Below are positions 29,601-40,000 of a DNA stretch of 64,000 nt, one piece after another. Position 1 is the stretch's first letter. Every line of letters begins with the position of its first letter. Origin of the DNA: Flavobacteriales bacterium (lineage in GTDB: Bacteria; Bacteroidota; Bacteroidia; NS11-12g; UBA955); NCBI GenBank assembly GCA_947496375.1, contig CANMCY010000001.1, positions 70,756 through 134,755 of the forward strand, written 5' to 3'. The notes beneath the pieces were generated by a model. The model did no database searches, was not told the origin of the DNA, and saw only the letters and a list, made by a program, of their open reading frames with translations. A program made the translations under genes and the position numbers.

Positions 29601-29798
29601 ATGAAAAAGATCTATTTCGCTATCGCTGCTTGCGCTATGTTCGCTTTCGCAGCTTGTTCAGGTAACAGCGGCACTTCAGATGCTGACACTACCAAGGTTG
29701 ACACTGCTGCTGCTGCTACTGTAGACACAGCTGCCGCTGCTACTGCAGACACTTCTGCTGCTGCTGCTGACACAACTAAAGCCGCTGAGAAGAAGTAA
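29601..29798 (+). CDS. Small Ala/Thr-repeat lipoprotein (65 aa)
   Basis: Lipobox FAACSG; (VDTAAAAT)n repeats; candidate -7 box TAttTTTG at 29566..29573 and a strong downstream terminator. Confidence 0.5.
   Translation: MKKIYFAIAACAMFAFAACSGNSGTSDADTTKVDTAAAATVDTAAAATADTSAAAADTTKAAEKK
29697..29786 (+). repeat. Imperfect tandem repeat of a 24-nt unit (GTNGACACNGCTGCNGCTGCTACT), about 3.7 copies, inside the small lipoprotein gene
   Basis: Seen directly in the sequence; in-frame (8 codons per unit). Confidence 0.7.
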
Positions 29799-29819
29799 TT
29801 CATCTCTCGAGAAAAATTT

Positions 29820-29849
29820 AAGGGCACTTGCAAAAGTGCCCTTTTTTTG
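29820..29849 (+). terminator. Rho-independent terminator
   Basis: Stem GGGCACTT/AAGTGCCC with loop GCAA, then a T7 tract. Confidence 0.8.
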
Positions 29850-29869
29850 TTATATTTGCAGTAGAACCA

Positions 29870-30240
29870 TGGTTAGAAAACTACTTTGCCTATTATTGTT
29901 GTTCTCTGCCGGAAGCGCCTATCTTCCATTGTTTGCGCGCACTTTTCCTCCCAATACCATTGTTGAGCCGGGCCCGGGTTTTACCTTACACCCCAACCCC
30001 GTAACAGGTACCTGGTTTCACATCAATCTAGCCTTTTCAGAATCCGACTATCCCAATGCTAAGTTCTCCATCAGCAACGTTTTGGGAGAAGTTATTTACG
30101 CCGCCCCCATCAAAAAGACTGAGTTTGCCGGTGCCAAAGTACGCGTAGATGTTGCCGACCTAAAGCTCGACAGAGGGGTTTACTTTGTTCAGGTGTCCGG
30201 AGGCGATAAATCCAGGATACTTCGATTGATCGTTCGATAA
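29870..30240 (+). CDS. Small secreted protein with T9SS C-terminal sorting domain
   Basis: Signal peptide MVRKLLCLLLLFSAGSA. The ORF-track start at 29836 overlaps the terminator, so ATG 29870 is preferred. C-terminal GVYFVQVSGGDKSRILRLIV. Confidence 0.55.
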
Positions 30241-30242
30241 GC

Positions 30243-30707
30243 ATGTCTTCTGTTTCTTTTGTAGTCAGAACTGCTGTTCAGGCAGATGTTAACGCTATTT
30301 TTCAGCTTATTAACGAGCTGGCAGTATTTGAAAAAGCCCCCCATGAAGTAATCAACACACCTGAGGGCCTATTGCATGATGGATTTACCATCAATCCTCC
30401 GCTGTATACCGCGCAGGTGTCCGAAAATGCCGAGGGTGTCATTTTGGGATTTTCCTTATGCTACATTCGCTACAGCACCTGGAAGGGGCCCGTATTATAC
30501 CTTGAAGACCTTTATGTGAAAGAATCATTTAGAGGCAATGGTATCGGTAAAGCGCTGTTTGAGTCCTGCATAGAATATGCGAAAGCTAATGGCTATAAAA
30601 GACTTACCTGGCAAGTGTTGGACTGGAACCGGACAGCCATTGATTTTTACAAAAAATGGAACGCGGTACTGGATCCGGAATGGATTAACGGCTCTCTGAA
30701 CTTTTAA
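30243..30707 (+). CDS. GNAT family N-acetyltransferase
   Basis: Acetyl-CoA-binding motif RGNGIGKALFESCIEYAKANGY. Confidence 0.8.
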   Translation: MSSVSFVVRTAVQADVNAIFQLINELAVFEKAPHEVINTPEGLLHDGFTINPPLYTAQVSENAEGVILGFSLCYIRYSTWKGPVLYLEDLYVKESFRGNGIGKALFESCIEYAKANGYKRLTWQVLDWNRTAIDFYKKWNAVLDPEWINGSLNF

Positions 30708-30710
30708 TCA

Positions 30711-31346
30711 GTGAAGACCCTCAGAAAACCGCTGTTACTGGCATTGTTTATTTCAGCAATTCCTGTCGTAATATTTTACTTTTTTCAGTTTCATCATGGG
30801 CTTTCATATTCATGGGGCCTTTTCCCCGGCGATAAAAGCCATTTTCAGGGGGTATTTCTTATGCCATTGGTGCATAAGGATTCTGCTCATTTGTGGGGTA
30901 ATACCGTGCAATTGTTTTTTGGTGCTCTGCTGATTGTCATTCATTTTCGTCATTTAACCGCTGTAATTCTATCATCAGTATGGATTTTAGCAGGATTGCT
31001 TCTTTTTTTCATGGGCAATCCGGATTCCATACACATAGGTAGCAGTGGAATTATTTATGGATTATTCAGCTATCTGATTACCGCGGGCTTTAATGCCGGT
31101 AACCGACGTTTGCGGCTATTGTCTTTTATGTTACTTATGTACTACGGCAGTATGTTTTGGGGGATATTTCCCTGGCAGGAAAAAGTTTCCTGGGAAGGAC
31201 ATCTCTCCGGTGCAATTGCCGGTTTGTTATTGGCAATGATTCTCAGGAAACGCTACCGCCGTTTTACCCTGGATTCAGTTCCGGGATGGTTTATGGATGC
31301 TGACAAAAGGGAAGATCCTTATGCGCGTTTTGATAAAAGGGCTTAA
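30711..31346 (+). CDS. Rhomboid family intramembrane serine protease
   Basis: HLWGN, GSSGIIYGL (GxSG) and HLSGAIAG catalytic His motifs in a multi-TM protein. Confidence 0.7.
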   Translation: MKTLRKPLLLALFISAIPVVIFYFFQFHHGLSYSWGLFPGDKSHFQGVFLMPLVHKDSAHLWGNTVQLFFGALLIVIHFRHLTAVILSSVWILAGLLLFFMGNPDSIHIGSSGIIYGLFSYLITAGFNAGNRRLRLLSFMLLMYYGSMFWGIFPWQEKVSWEGHLSGAIAGLLLAMILRKRYRRFTLDSVPGWFMDADKREDPYARFDKRA

Positions 31347-32599
31347 TGCACAATGCTTGTCGGTGTTTCCTTTAATGGCTCATCCTTGAAGAGAAACAAA
31401 AACAAAAGTGCTGTTACAAGGGCATAACCTGAAAAGCCCAACCAGATGGCATGCCAGTCTTTTTCATTGCCGTGCAAATAAAATCGGTCAATTAACCAAC
31501 CGCTGGTTTTACTACCCAAAAATGCACCCACGCCATTGGTCATCATCATAAACAATCCCTGTGCGCTGGATCGAATGCCGGATTCCGTGTTGGTTTCAAT
31601 GAATAATGACCCTGAAATATTGAAAAAATCAAAGGCCATTCCATACACCACGCAGCTGAGAATGATCATCCATAGTCCTTCTGCCGGATTACCAAAAGAA
31701 AACAATCCAAATCTTAGCACCCATGCAAACATGGCGAAAAGCATCACCTTTTTAATTCCAAATCGCTTGAGGAAGAAGGGTATAGCCAGAATAAACAATG
31801 TTTCCGATACCTGAGAAATGGACATAATGATAGTGGAGTATTTCACCACAAATGATTCGGGACCATACAACGGATTGTTTTTGAAATCGTCCAGAAAGGT
31901 ATCGCCATACATATTGGTGAGCTGAAGAGCGGCCCCTAGAAACATGGAGAATATAAAAAACAATGCCATTCTGTATCGGGCAAACAGTTTAAAAGCATCC
32001 AGTCCGAGCTGGGAAAAAATACTGTTGTTGCCTGCCTTGGTGTTGGTGGGTTTGCAGGCGGGTAGCGTAAAAGCATAAATCCCCAGGGCGATTGCGGCTG
32101 TGCCTGCGATTAAAAATTGCTGTGCATTGGCCTTGCTTCCTGTAAGGTTGGTTACCCACATGGCCACGATAAATCCAATGGTGCCCCAAACCCTGATGGG
32201 AGGGAACATTCTGATTACATCATACCCCCTTTGGGTAAGCAAAGTGTAAGAAATGGAATTAGATAGTGAAATGGTGGGCATGTAGCAGAACATGGCTGCC
32301 ATGATTAACCAATACAATTCATCGGCAGACTTCATTTCCGGAACCAGCCAAAGAAGAGCGCCATATAAAATCTGCAATATCCCGTATAGCCGCTCTGCAT
32401 TAATCCAACGGTCTGCGATGATGCCGGTTATGGCAGGCATGACCATAGAGGAAATAGCCAGTGTGGAGAAAATAGCCCCAAATTGCTCGCTGCTGCCCAG
32501 CTTATTAACAAAAAAATACGTTCCTATGGTGATGAGCCATGCACCCCACACAAAGAACTGCATAAAGCTGAGTAAGATTAAACGGAAGCGGATATCCAT
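31343..32599 (-). CDS. MFS transporter, nucleoside:H+ symporter (NHS) family
   Basis: 12-TM protein with N-terminal MDIRFRLILLSFMQFFVWGAW, typical of NupG/XapB-like transporters. Confidence 0.65.
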   Translation of the reverse strand: MDIRFRLILLSFMQFFVWGAWLITIGTYFFVNKLGSSEQFGAIFSTLAISSMVMPAITGIIADRWINAERLYGILQILYGALLWLVPEMKSADELYWLIMAAMFCYMPTISLSNSISYTLLTQRGYDVIRMFPPIRVWGTIGFIVAMWVTNLTGSKANAQQFLIAGTAAIALGIYAFTLPACKPTNTKAGNNSIFSQLGLDAFKLFARYRMALFFIFSMFLGAALQLTNMYGDTFLDDFKNNPLYGPESFVVKYSTIIMSISQVSETLFILAIPFFLKRFGIKKVMLFAMFAWVLRFGLFSFGNPAEGLWMIILSCVVYGMAFDFFNISGSLFIETNTESGIRSSAQGLFMMMTNGVGAFLGSKTSGWLIDRFYLHGNEKDWHAIWLGFSGYALVTALLFLFLFKDEPLKETPTSIVH

Positions 32600-32638
32600 G
32601 CAGGCGAAAATATCAAATTGCCTGCATAAAACAATAAA

Positions 32639-33217
32639 TTACTTCAAAACCAGCTGTTCAATGCTGTCAATCAAAGCATGAATTACTTTGATGTGTATTT
32701 CCTGCGCGCGATCGGCATAGTCAGACTTGGGTGCCCTGATTTCTATGTCACATAACGGAGCCATCTGGCCGCCATCCTTTCCGGTAAGGCCTATGGTTTT
32801 CATGCCCTGATTTTTTGCAGCTTCCATAGCCAGTATGATGTTGCGGCTGTTGCCACTGCTGCTGATTCCAAGTAAAATATCACCGGGTTTACCCAGCCCT
32901 TCTATGTAACGGCTGAAAATAAATTCATATCCGTAATCATTGCCAACACAGCTTATGTGGCTCGGGTCGCTGATGGCGATTGCTGCCAAAGCCCTGCGAT
33001 TGCCCCGATAGCGGCCGCTCAGCTCCTCTGCAAAATGCATGGCATCGCAGTGACTGCCCCCATTGCCGCAACTGATGATTTTACCGCCATTCAACAAGCA
33101 TTCGGCCATCATCGCGGCTGCTTGAGCTATTCGCTGCATGTTTTGTTCATCTTCTGTGAACAAACGCAGTGTTTCTGCCGCTTCGGTAAAATGCTGTTTG
33201 ATTCGTTCCTGTGTCAT
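32639..33217 (-). CDS. gmhA: SIS-domain phosphoheptose isomerase (GmhA/DiaA family)
   Basis: [28 protein letters not shown] and [11 protein letters not shown] motifs. Confidence 0.7.
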   Translation of the reverse strand: MTQERIKQHFTEAAETLRLFTEDEQNMQRIAQAAAMMAECLLNGGKIISCGNGGSHCDAMHFAEELSGRYRGNRRALAAIAISDPSHISCVGNDYGYEFIFSRYIEGLGKPGDILLGISSSGNSRNIILAMEAAKNQGMKTIGLTGKDGGQMAPLCDIEIRAPKSDYADRAQEIHIKVIHALIDSIEQLVLK

Positions 33218-35325
33218 GGCTGTATTTTTTTGAATTCGCTGATTCCGTTTTGTAAAAACACCTTGAATTTTTCAGCATTGTAATCAAAGGTCTCTGCACT
33301 CCCGGGGTGTTGGAGCAGAATTTCATCCCCTGTCATTAGAACGTATAGTGGCTGACTGTTGCTGTTGAAATAACATGCCTGTATCTCCGCATTCTTTTCT
33401 CCCAGGGTTGTAATCATTTTACCCGAAAACTTACCCTTGAATTGCTCAGATTCGCTCAGTTTTATCTTTTTATCATCTACATATAATGAAACAACCACAT
33501 AGTCGTTCTTCAACAATTTCAACACTTCCGGGTTGCTCCACACTTTCTCTTCCATCTTTCGGCAGTTTACACAACCATGTCCGGTGAAATCGATAAACAG
33601 GGGTTTTTTCTGTGCTTTGGCACATGCCAGTGCTTCTTCATAATCAAAATACCCCTGAATACCATGTGGTATATGCAATTGTCCGGCGTATTTGGGTGTG
33701 TTGCAGTTTGCTGCTGTTATCTCCGTAACATCAGATTCGTTACCCAAGCGGAAATCCTGGGTATGCATAGGGGGCAAATAGCCGGCCAGAGATTTTAACG
33801 GAGCGCCCCAAAGTCCCGGTATCAGGTATACTACAAATGACCAGGTAGCAATGACAAGCATCAATCGGGTAACCGACCAGTAAGGAATATCACTGTCGTG
33901 CGAAAATTTGATTTTACCCATCAGGTAAATGGCCATCAGCGAAAAAATGACAATCCAAAGGGCCAGGTAGATTTCGCGGTCCAGCAGCCCCCAATGGTAG
34001 GTTTGATCTGCAGTACTCAAAAATTTGAGGGCAAATGCAAGTTCAATAAAGCCCAAAACCACCTTTACACTATTCAGCCATCCTCCGCTTTTGGGCAGAC
34101 TTTTCATATAGCTGGGAAAAATCACCAGCAGGCCAAAGGGGAGGGCAAAAGCCAGGGAAAATCCAAGCATGGCAATGATGGGAGTGCTAAGGCCACCCTT
34201 CGCGCTTTCAACCAGAACACTGCCGACAATAGGACCTGTGCACGAAAAAGAAACCAGTGCAATGGTCAGTGCCATGAATACAGGACCTGCAATTCCACCC
34301 TTGTCGGCCCTTTTGTCTATGGCGTTCACCCACGATGCAGGCAAAACCAGTTCGAAGGCACCAAAAAAACTGGCCGCAAACACGATGAAAATAACGAAAA
34401 AGAAAACATTGGGTATCCAGTGCGTGCTAAGCCAGTTGGCTGCATCGGGGCCCACCAGTTTGCTTACCAGTGTTCCGATAATGACATAAATAAGAATGAT
34501 GGCTGCAGCAAACACAATCCCATCTCGTATCGATTTTTTCTTGTCTTCATTTTTTAAGAAAAAGGCAACCGTCATCGGAATCATAGGAAATACGCAAGGG
34601 GTGAGAAGCGCCAATAATCCGGAGGTAAAGGCAAGCCAGAATACCAGCCCCAGGCCTTTGTTGGCGGTTTCGTTTTTAGCGCTTCCCAGGTTACCGGTAT
34701 ATTTCAGCTCAGTGCAGTTGCCGGTTCCCGATTTGTATGAGGTTTTTTCTCCTGATTTGAGGGTTGGGGTATCCGTGAAGTTGCTGCTTTTCAAGGTGTC
34801 CGAATTGATTAACGCTGTCGGTGCCTCTTCAGCAGGGCCCTCTGCAGTTACGGGATTCTGTGCTTCCAGTGTTTCTTCTATCTTCACACACTGGCTTTCG
34901 TCGCACATCTGACCACTAAAACTGCATACCAGCTTTTGAATACTCCCGGTAACTTTAATTTTTTGTTTGAAAACCGCTTTGGCCTGAAATACACCCGTTT
35001 TACAGTTGATTTTGTCTAATTCAGCCAGCTCATCGGTTTTCATTTCATCGCCTATGCCATAGCTTTTGCCTACCGGAATAAAATGGTCTCCGCTAAAGGT
35101 GAGTGAAGCCCTGGTGTAGCCCACATCTTCTGCACAGGTGCTTTTTTCGCTGTAAATATGCATTCCGGATGCCGGCGATAAGCTGACTGTGATCTCAATG
35201 ATGTCGCCCACTTTAACCTTTGATGCGGAAAAAGTCATGCTTTTGGCTGTGGGCTTTTTCATTTGTGCTGTCAACGGTAACGAAATGACCGACAACAAAA
35301 GGACGATGTAAGACTGTATTTTCAT
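33214..35325 (-). CDS. dsbD: Thiol:disulfide interchange protein DsbD (N-terminal domain, cytochrome-c-biogenesis TM core, C-terminal thioredoxin)
   Basis: TM core with [11 protein letters not shown]; C-terminal [14 protein letters not shown] thioredoxin CxxC. Confidence 0.85.
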   Translation of the reverse strand: MKIQSYIVLLLSVISLPLTAQMKKPTAKSMTFSASKVKVGDIIEITVSLSPASGMHIYSEKSTCAEDVGYTRASLTFSGDHFIPVGKSYGIGDEMKTDELAELDKINCKTGVFQAKAVFKQKIKVTGSIQKLVCSFSGQMCDESQCVKIEETLEAQNPVTAEGPAEEAPTALINSDTLKSSNFTDTPTLKSGEKTSYKSGTGNCTELKYTGNLGSAKNETANKGLGLVFWLAFTSGLLALLTPCVFPMIPMTVAFFLKNEDKKKSIRDGIVFAAAIILIYVIIGTLVSKLVGPDAANWLSTHWIPNVFFFVIFIVFAASFFGAFELVLPASWVNAIDKRADKGGIAGPVFMALTIALVSFSCTGPIVGSVLVESAKGGLSTPIIAMLGFSLAFALPFGLLVIFPSYMKSLPKSGGWLNSVKVVLGFIELAFALKFLSTADQTYHWGLLDREIYLALWIVIFSLMAIYLMGKIKFSHDSDIPYWSVTRLMLVIATWSFVVYLIPGLWGAPLKSLAGYLPPMHTQDFRLGNESDVTEITAANCNTPKYAGQLHIPHGIQGYFDYEEALACAKAQKKPLFIDFTGHGCVNCRKMEEKVWSNPEVLKLLKNDYVVVSLYVDDKKIKLSESEQFKGKFSGKMITTLGEKNAEIQACYFNSNSQPLYVLMTGDEILLQHPGSAETFDYNAEKFKVFLQNGISEFKKIQP

Positions 35326-35493
35326 GTAATTACTGCAAAAAAACGAAATTTTCAGGACTATTCATGTAACCAGTGTAACACTATATGGTAACAAACAGAT
35401 GTGAATTATTCCATTTTCGTTGCATTGCTTATGCACTTTTGTGTGAAAAAGAATAGAAGCATTGTTTTTTCGTTCTGTATTTTTGAACAACCC

Positions 35494-36948
35494 ATGCATC
35501 TCCTTCGTTGTACCCTTTTGCTCACGCTGCATTTGTTTTTGTGCTTTAATATCAAGGCACAAAAGATGAATACGGTCCAATACATAGAGGAGTTCAAGTT
35601 TGCCGCCATGCAGGAAATGAAGATTTATGGGATACCGGCTTCGGTTACCCTGGCCCAGGGGATTTTGGAAAGTGCAAGTGGAAATAGCAAGCTGGCCAAA
35701 GACTGTAACAACCATTTTGGTATTAAATGTCGTAAAAACTGGACAGGCAATTATTGCCTGGCCGATGATGATGCACCGGATGAATGCTTCAGGGGTTATG
35801 GCAGCGCCATGGAAAGTTATCGAGACCACAGTCTTTTTCTGAAAGGAGCATCTCGGTATGATTTTTTATTTAGTTTGCCCGCCACAGACTACAAGGCATG
35901 GGCCCATGGGCTCAGGCAGGCAGGTTATGCCACCAATCCGGCTTATGGAAACATTATCATCAGTGTGGTGGACAGGTATCGCCTTTCCATGTATGACAGC
36001 ATGACCATTTTGGGTGATGATTACGATACTCCGGACACAGCTGCAAGCCGGCTGATACAAAAACATGGTCTACCTGCGGTAATTGCATTGAAGAGTCAAA
36101 AACCGGAAGATATAGCCAAGCTATATGATTTGGGCTCATGGCAAATTTATAAATATAACGACCTAAAGAATGGCGAGGATCTGAAACCGGGCGAAATAAT
36201 ATACCTGAAGCCCAAAAAGCGCAGGGCTACTGCAGATTTTCATGCTGTGAGGGAAGGAGAAACCCTTCGAGATATCAGTCAGCAACATGCGGTCAAACTC
36301 AAAAAACTGGAAAAATTCAATCAGATTGTGGCATCAAAACCCCTGAAGCCGGGTGAGATTATTTACCTGCGAGAAAAAAGATTGAATGACTCCCTCAAGA
36401 AAGAAGCAATAAAACGGCAGTCAGAAGTGCAAGAGGAAAGCGATTCCGTATTAAGAATAGCGAAGGAAGGCGATACGTGGCAGAGTCTGGGAAGTCAAAA
36501 TGGAAAGCGGCCTGAAGAACTGAAAAAAAATAATGCAGACATAGAACGTCCGGTGCCGGGGCAGGTTGTGCTGATTTCATCGGAAAAAATCACCGATAAA
36601 ACGGTTGCTGATATGCCGTCAACTGCCGGCAAGATCATGTTTCATTCGGTAATTAAGGGTGAGACCGTATACAGTATTTCCCGGCTTTATAAAATTTCGC
36701 CGGATTCATTGATAAAATGGAACAAAATTAAAGATCATCAAATTAGGGGGGGGCAGGAGTTACAGGTTCAAAGCCCCGATAGCAATGTCCAAGGCAAACA
36801 AAATCAAACACATACGGTATCTGCTGGTGAAACCCTGTTTCAGATTTCGCGTCGGTATGGAGTTTCTGTGGCTGATTTACAGCAGCAAAATGGGCTGAAA
36901 GGCACTGAAATTAAGGTTGGACAACGGATTGTGATTGTGCGGTATTGA
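35494..36948 (+). CDS. Peptidoglycan hydrolase: N-terminal glucosaminidase (FlgJ-like) domain plus four LysM repeats
   Basis: GIPASVTLAQGILESASG is a glucosaminidase motif; four LysM repeats. Start chosen at the internal ATG (MHLLRCTLLL signal peptide) rather than the ORF-track 35401. Confidence 0.7.
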   Translation: MHLLRCTLLLTLHLFLCFNIKAQKMNTVQYIEEFKFAAMQEMKIYGIPASVTLAQGILESASGNSKLAKDCNNHFGIKCRKNWTGNYCLADDDAPDECFRGYGSAMESYRDHSLFLKGASRYDFLFSLPATDYKAWAHGLRQAGYATNPAYGNIIISVVDRYRLSMYDSMTILGDDYDTPDTAASRLIQKHGLPAVIALKSQKPEDIAKLYDLGSWQIYKYNDLKNGEDLKPGEIIYLKPKKRRATADFHAVREGETLRDISQQHAVKLKKLEKFNQIVASKPLKPGEIIYLREKRLNDSLKKEAIKRQSEVQEESDSVLRIAKEGDTWQSLGSQNGKRPEELKKNNADIERPVPGQVVLISSEKITDKTVADMPSTAGKIMFHSVIKGETVYSISRLYKISPDSLIKWNKIKDHQIRGGQELQVQSPDSNVQGKQNQTHTVSAGETLFQISRRYGVSVADLQQQNGLKGTEIKVGQRIVIVRY

Positions 36949-37079
36949 TGGGTTCTTAACAGAAAAGTCATATTTCTGTCATAAGCGGAAACTTTTTTTT
37001 AAAATTTATGCAACCTTTGGGGGGTATAGCGTCATTTTTTTAGCTATAATTGCAACAACTACAAACAAATTTTCATACT

Positions 37080-40000
37080 ATGAAGCTAACAATTACCAAA
37101 ATCACCAGAGCGCTAGGCCTTATGGGCATTGGCTTTCTGGCCATGATGCCGGGTGGTTCAAAGGGGCAAATCTGCACCGCAACGAACTCCTGGGGTTGTG
37201 GACACAACTACGGTGGTAACATCGTGGAAATCAAAATCAGCGACAATGGCGGAACGCTTGCAAGCTATTCAGGCTTGGCTTGTTCAACCACCGCAGCAAC
37301 TAACAACGTGCTGGTTAACTCCGGAAATCCTATCGACATTACTGCCGGCCAGGATCTTACCCTGGAAATCACCGGTTCAGTAGATGCTTACGGTTGGGGT
37401 TACCTTACCCGTGTAGGCATCTGGCTTGATTACGATCGCAACAACAGCTTTTCTGCTGCAGAGTGTATCGCCAGTCCTTCCAGCGGTCCTTGGGCCTCTA
37501 TCGGAACCACAGCGGTGAAATCTACGCTGAAGTTGCCTTGCTGGTCTGCTACTGGTGCCAGCACCATGCGTTTCCGTGGTTTCTACTACTACTCTACTGT
37601 AAACACCAGCATGGGTTGCGGTTCACAGAATACCTATGGAAACATTATTGATGTTGCTGTAAACTTAAAAGTGGGTGCTCCTCCTGTGGCCAATTTCATT
37701 GTTCCTACAGGTCCTAACTACGAGAACACTGTGGTTAAGTTTAACGCTGCTAACCCTAACTCAGCTTACACCTACACCTGGACTTATTCAGGTCCTAATG
37801 TAACCCCTGTTTCTACAACCGGAACCGTAGGCCGTGCTATCTGGACCCCCCCCTCGCCACCTGCCACATTCGACGTGAATATGCTGGTGAGCTATTGCGG
37901 TATTAAAGACTCAATTTCAAAATCAGTTACCATTGTTAGTCCTATCAATGTTCCAACGGCTGATTTTATTGCTAAAGCGAATTCCGTGGAAATCTACTAT
38001 GATGCGGAAATGCTGGATCTTTCTACCAACGGTGCATACAAATGGAGCTGGGAAGCAACTTCTCCATCGGGCTCTCTGTATACCAGCACCACTCAAAATG
38101 CTAAATTCTTCATGGATGAAATAGGTAAGTGGGATTTCTGTCTGACTGCTGAAAACAGCAAAGGCGCTTCTACTAAGACCTGCAAAACTCAGTATGTTGA
38201 ATGTACTCCTCCTTCAGAATTTTATATTGGTATCACCACCCTGGGTGAAAACAAAAAAGGTACCCTGTATGATCATGCCGGTCCAACCGCCAACTACAGC
38301 TCAAACCGTAAAACCAGTATCGATTATTTTAAAATTCTCCCTTGCGGTGCCAAAGAAATTCGTTTGAAGTTCAAACAGATTCGTTTTGCTGATGCCAACG
38401 ACCGTCTCCGTATCTACGATGCAGGTCAGGCAGACGCAGGCAAAGAACTGACACCTGCTGCAGGTATCACCAGCGCTAACCAGGCTACTTACCGTAGTTC
38501 AACCTTCACTGCCAAGAGCGGTGCTATGTATATCACTTTCGAATCTAACGCATCAGGTCAGGATTCAGGTTTCATCGCTACATGGGATTCAGATCTCGCT
38601 CCTCCCGTTAAGCCAAATCCATCTTGGTCTACCGTGTACAACCCTGCCGCTATCGGCACTCAGGTTGAATTCAAGAATACTTCTTCCAATGTACAGGGTG
38701 CACCTGCTTGGGAATGGAGCATCGACGGAAATCCTGAAGCTGTTTCAGAAAGCTACACCCGTGTATTCCCCGCAGACGGTACCTACAACGTATGTCTTTC
38801 AGCCACTACCTGTGATGGTGCTGACACTTTCTGCAAAACCATCGATATCGTAACCCCTACTAAGCCAGGTTCATTGGACTTCACTGCCAGCAACGTTCGT
38901 CCTGATGCCGGTAAGACAGTTGACTTTACCATTACTTCTGACTATGCTACCAATTTTGAGTGGAACATTTTCCCAACCAGCTACACTGTAGTTTCAGGTT
39001 CATTGGTAGGTACCAGCAAGAAATTGACTCTTCGTTTCGATCAGGGTGGTTGCTATACCTTTACCCTCAAGGGCTGGAACGCTGCTGAAAACCCTGCAGG
39101 TTCTACCGAGAAAAAAGTGATCAAGAACAAATACGTTTGTGCATTGAACTACTGCATTCCTCTGGTTGATCTTTTAAGTTCTGATATCGGAATCAACAAG
39201 GTTACTTTGACCAAAGGTTCTACTACACTCATCAAAAACGAAACAACCAGCGGTGAAAAAGCATACTCTGATTTCTCAACAACTCAGAAAGCTACCCTCA
39301 CCTTCGGTGCAACTTACACCCTGGATGTAGCTCGTCTGACCAACAGTAACAGTCTTAACTATAAGGCATGGATCGACTTTAACGTTGATGGTGACTTCAA
39401 CGATGCCGGTGAAGAAATCATGAGCACCGGTATGATTAGCGGTTTGGATGCTACTACTACCTTCACAGTTCCTAACAAGTCTGCCAGCTTCGAAGGCAAC
39501 ACACGTCTGCGTGTAGCCAGCAGCTATGGTAACTTTACCAATACCCCCTGCGGTGTAAATACTGTAGGTGAGTATGAAGACTATGGCATTACCCTTGCTA
39601 ATGATGGTGCTGCACCTGTAATTACCCTGATTGGTAAAGATACTCTTTATGTTGAGCGTACCGGTACTTCAAACGGTTGCTGGGCTGAAGTTGCTACTAC
39701 TACTTACACTGCCAATGACCCAACTGAAGGTGACATGACTTCTAAAGTTAATGTTAACTCTGATCTGGATTGTACCATCCCCGGTATCTACAGCATTGAA
39801 TTTACCCTTTCTGATGCTTCAGGCAACAATGCTGTAACTAAGCGTCGTACAGTATACGTAGTACTTGACAGAACTGCTCCTACACTTACCTTGAACGGAA
39901 ATGCAGTTGAGAAAGTAGAACAGTGCGGTACCTACAGCGAGCCCGGTGCAATTGCAACTGACGCAGTTGATGGTAACCTTACTACTGCTGTAATTATCAG

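Noticed and set aside
29612-29833. 73-aa minus-strand ORF rich in Ala
   Set aside because: It mirrors the GCTGCT-rich repeat of the plus-strand lipoprotein gene, which has a signal peptide, promoter box and terminator.
33898-34912. Plus-strand ORFs of 219, 106 and 138 aa
   Set aside because: Antisense shadows within dsbD; low-complexity basic or hydrophobic translations.
36959-37000. Inverted repeat ACAGAAA-N7-TTTCTGT after the LysM hydrolase gene, as a possible terminator
   Set aside because: The stem is AT-rich and short, and the T-tract begins 12 nt after the stem; at best a weak terminator, so it was not listed as a feature.
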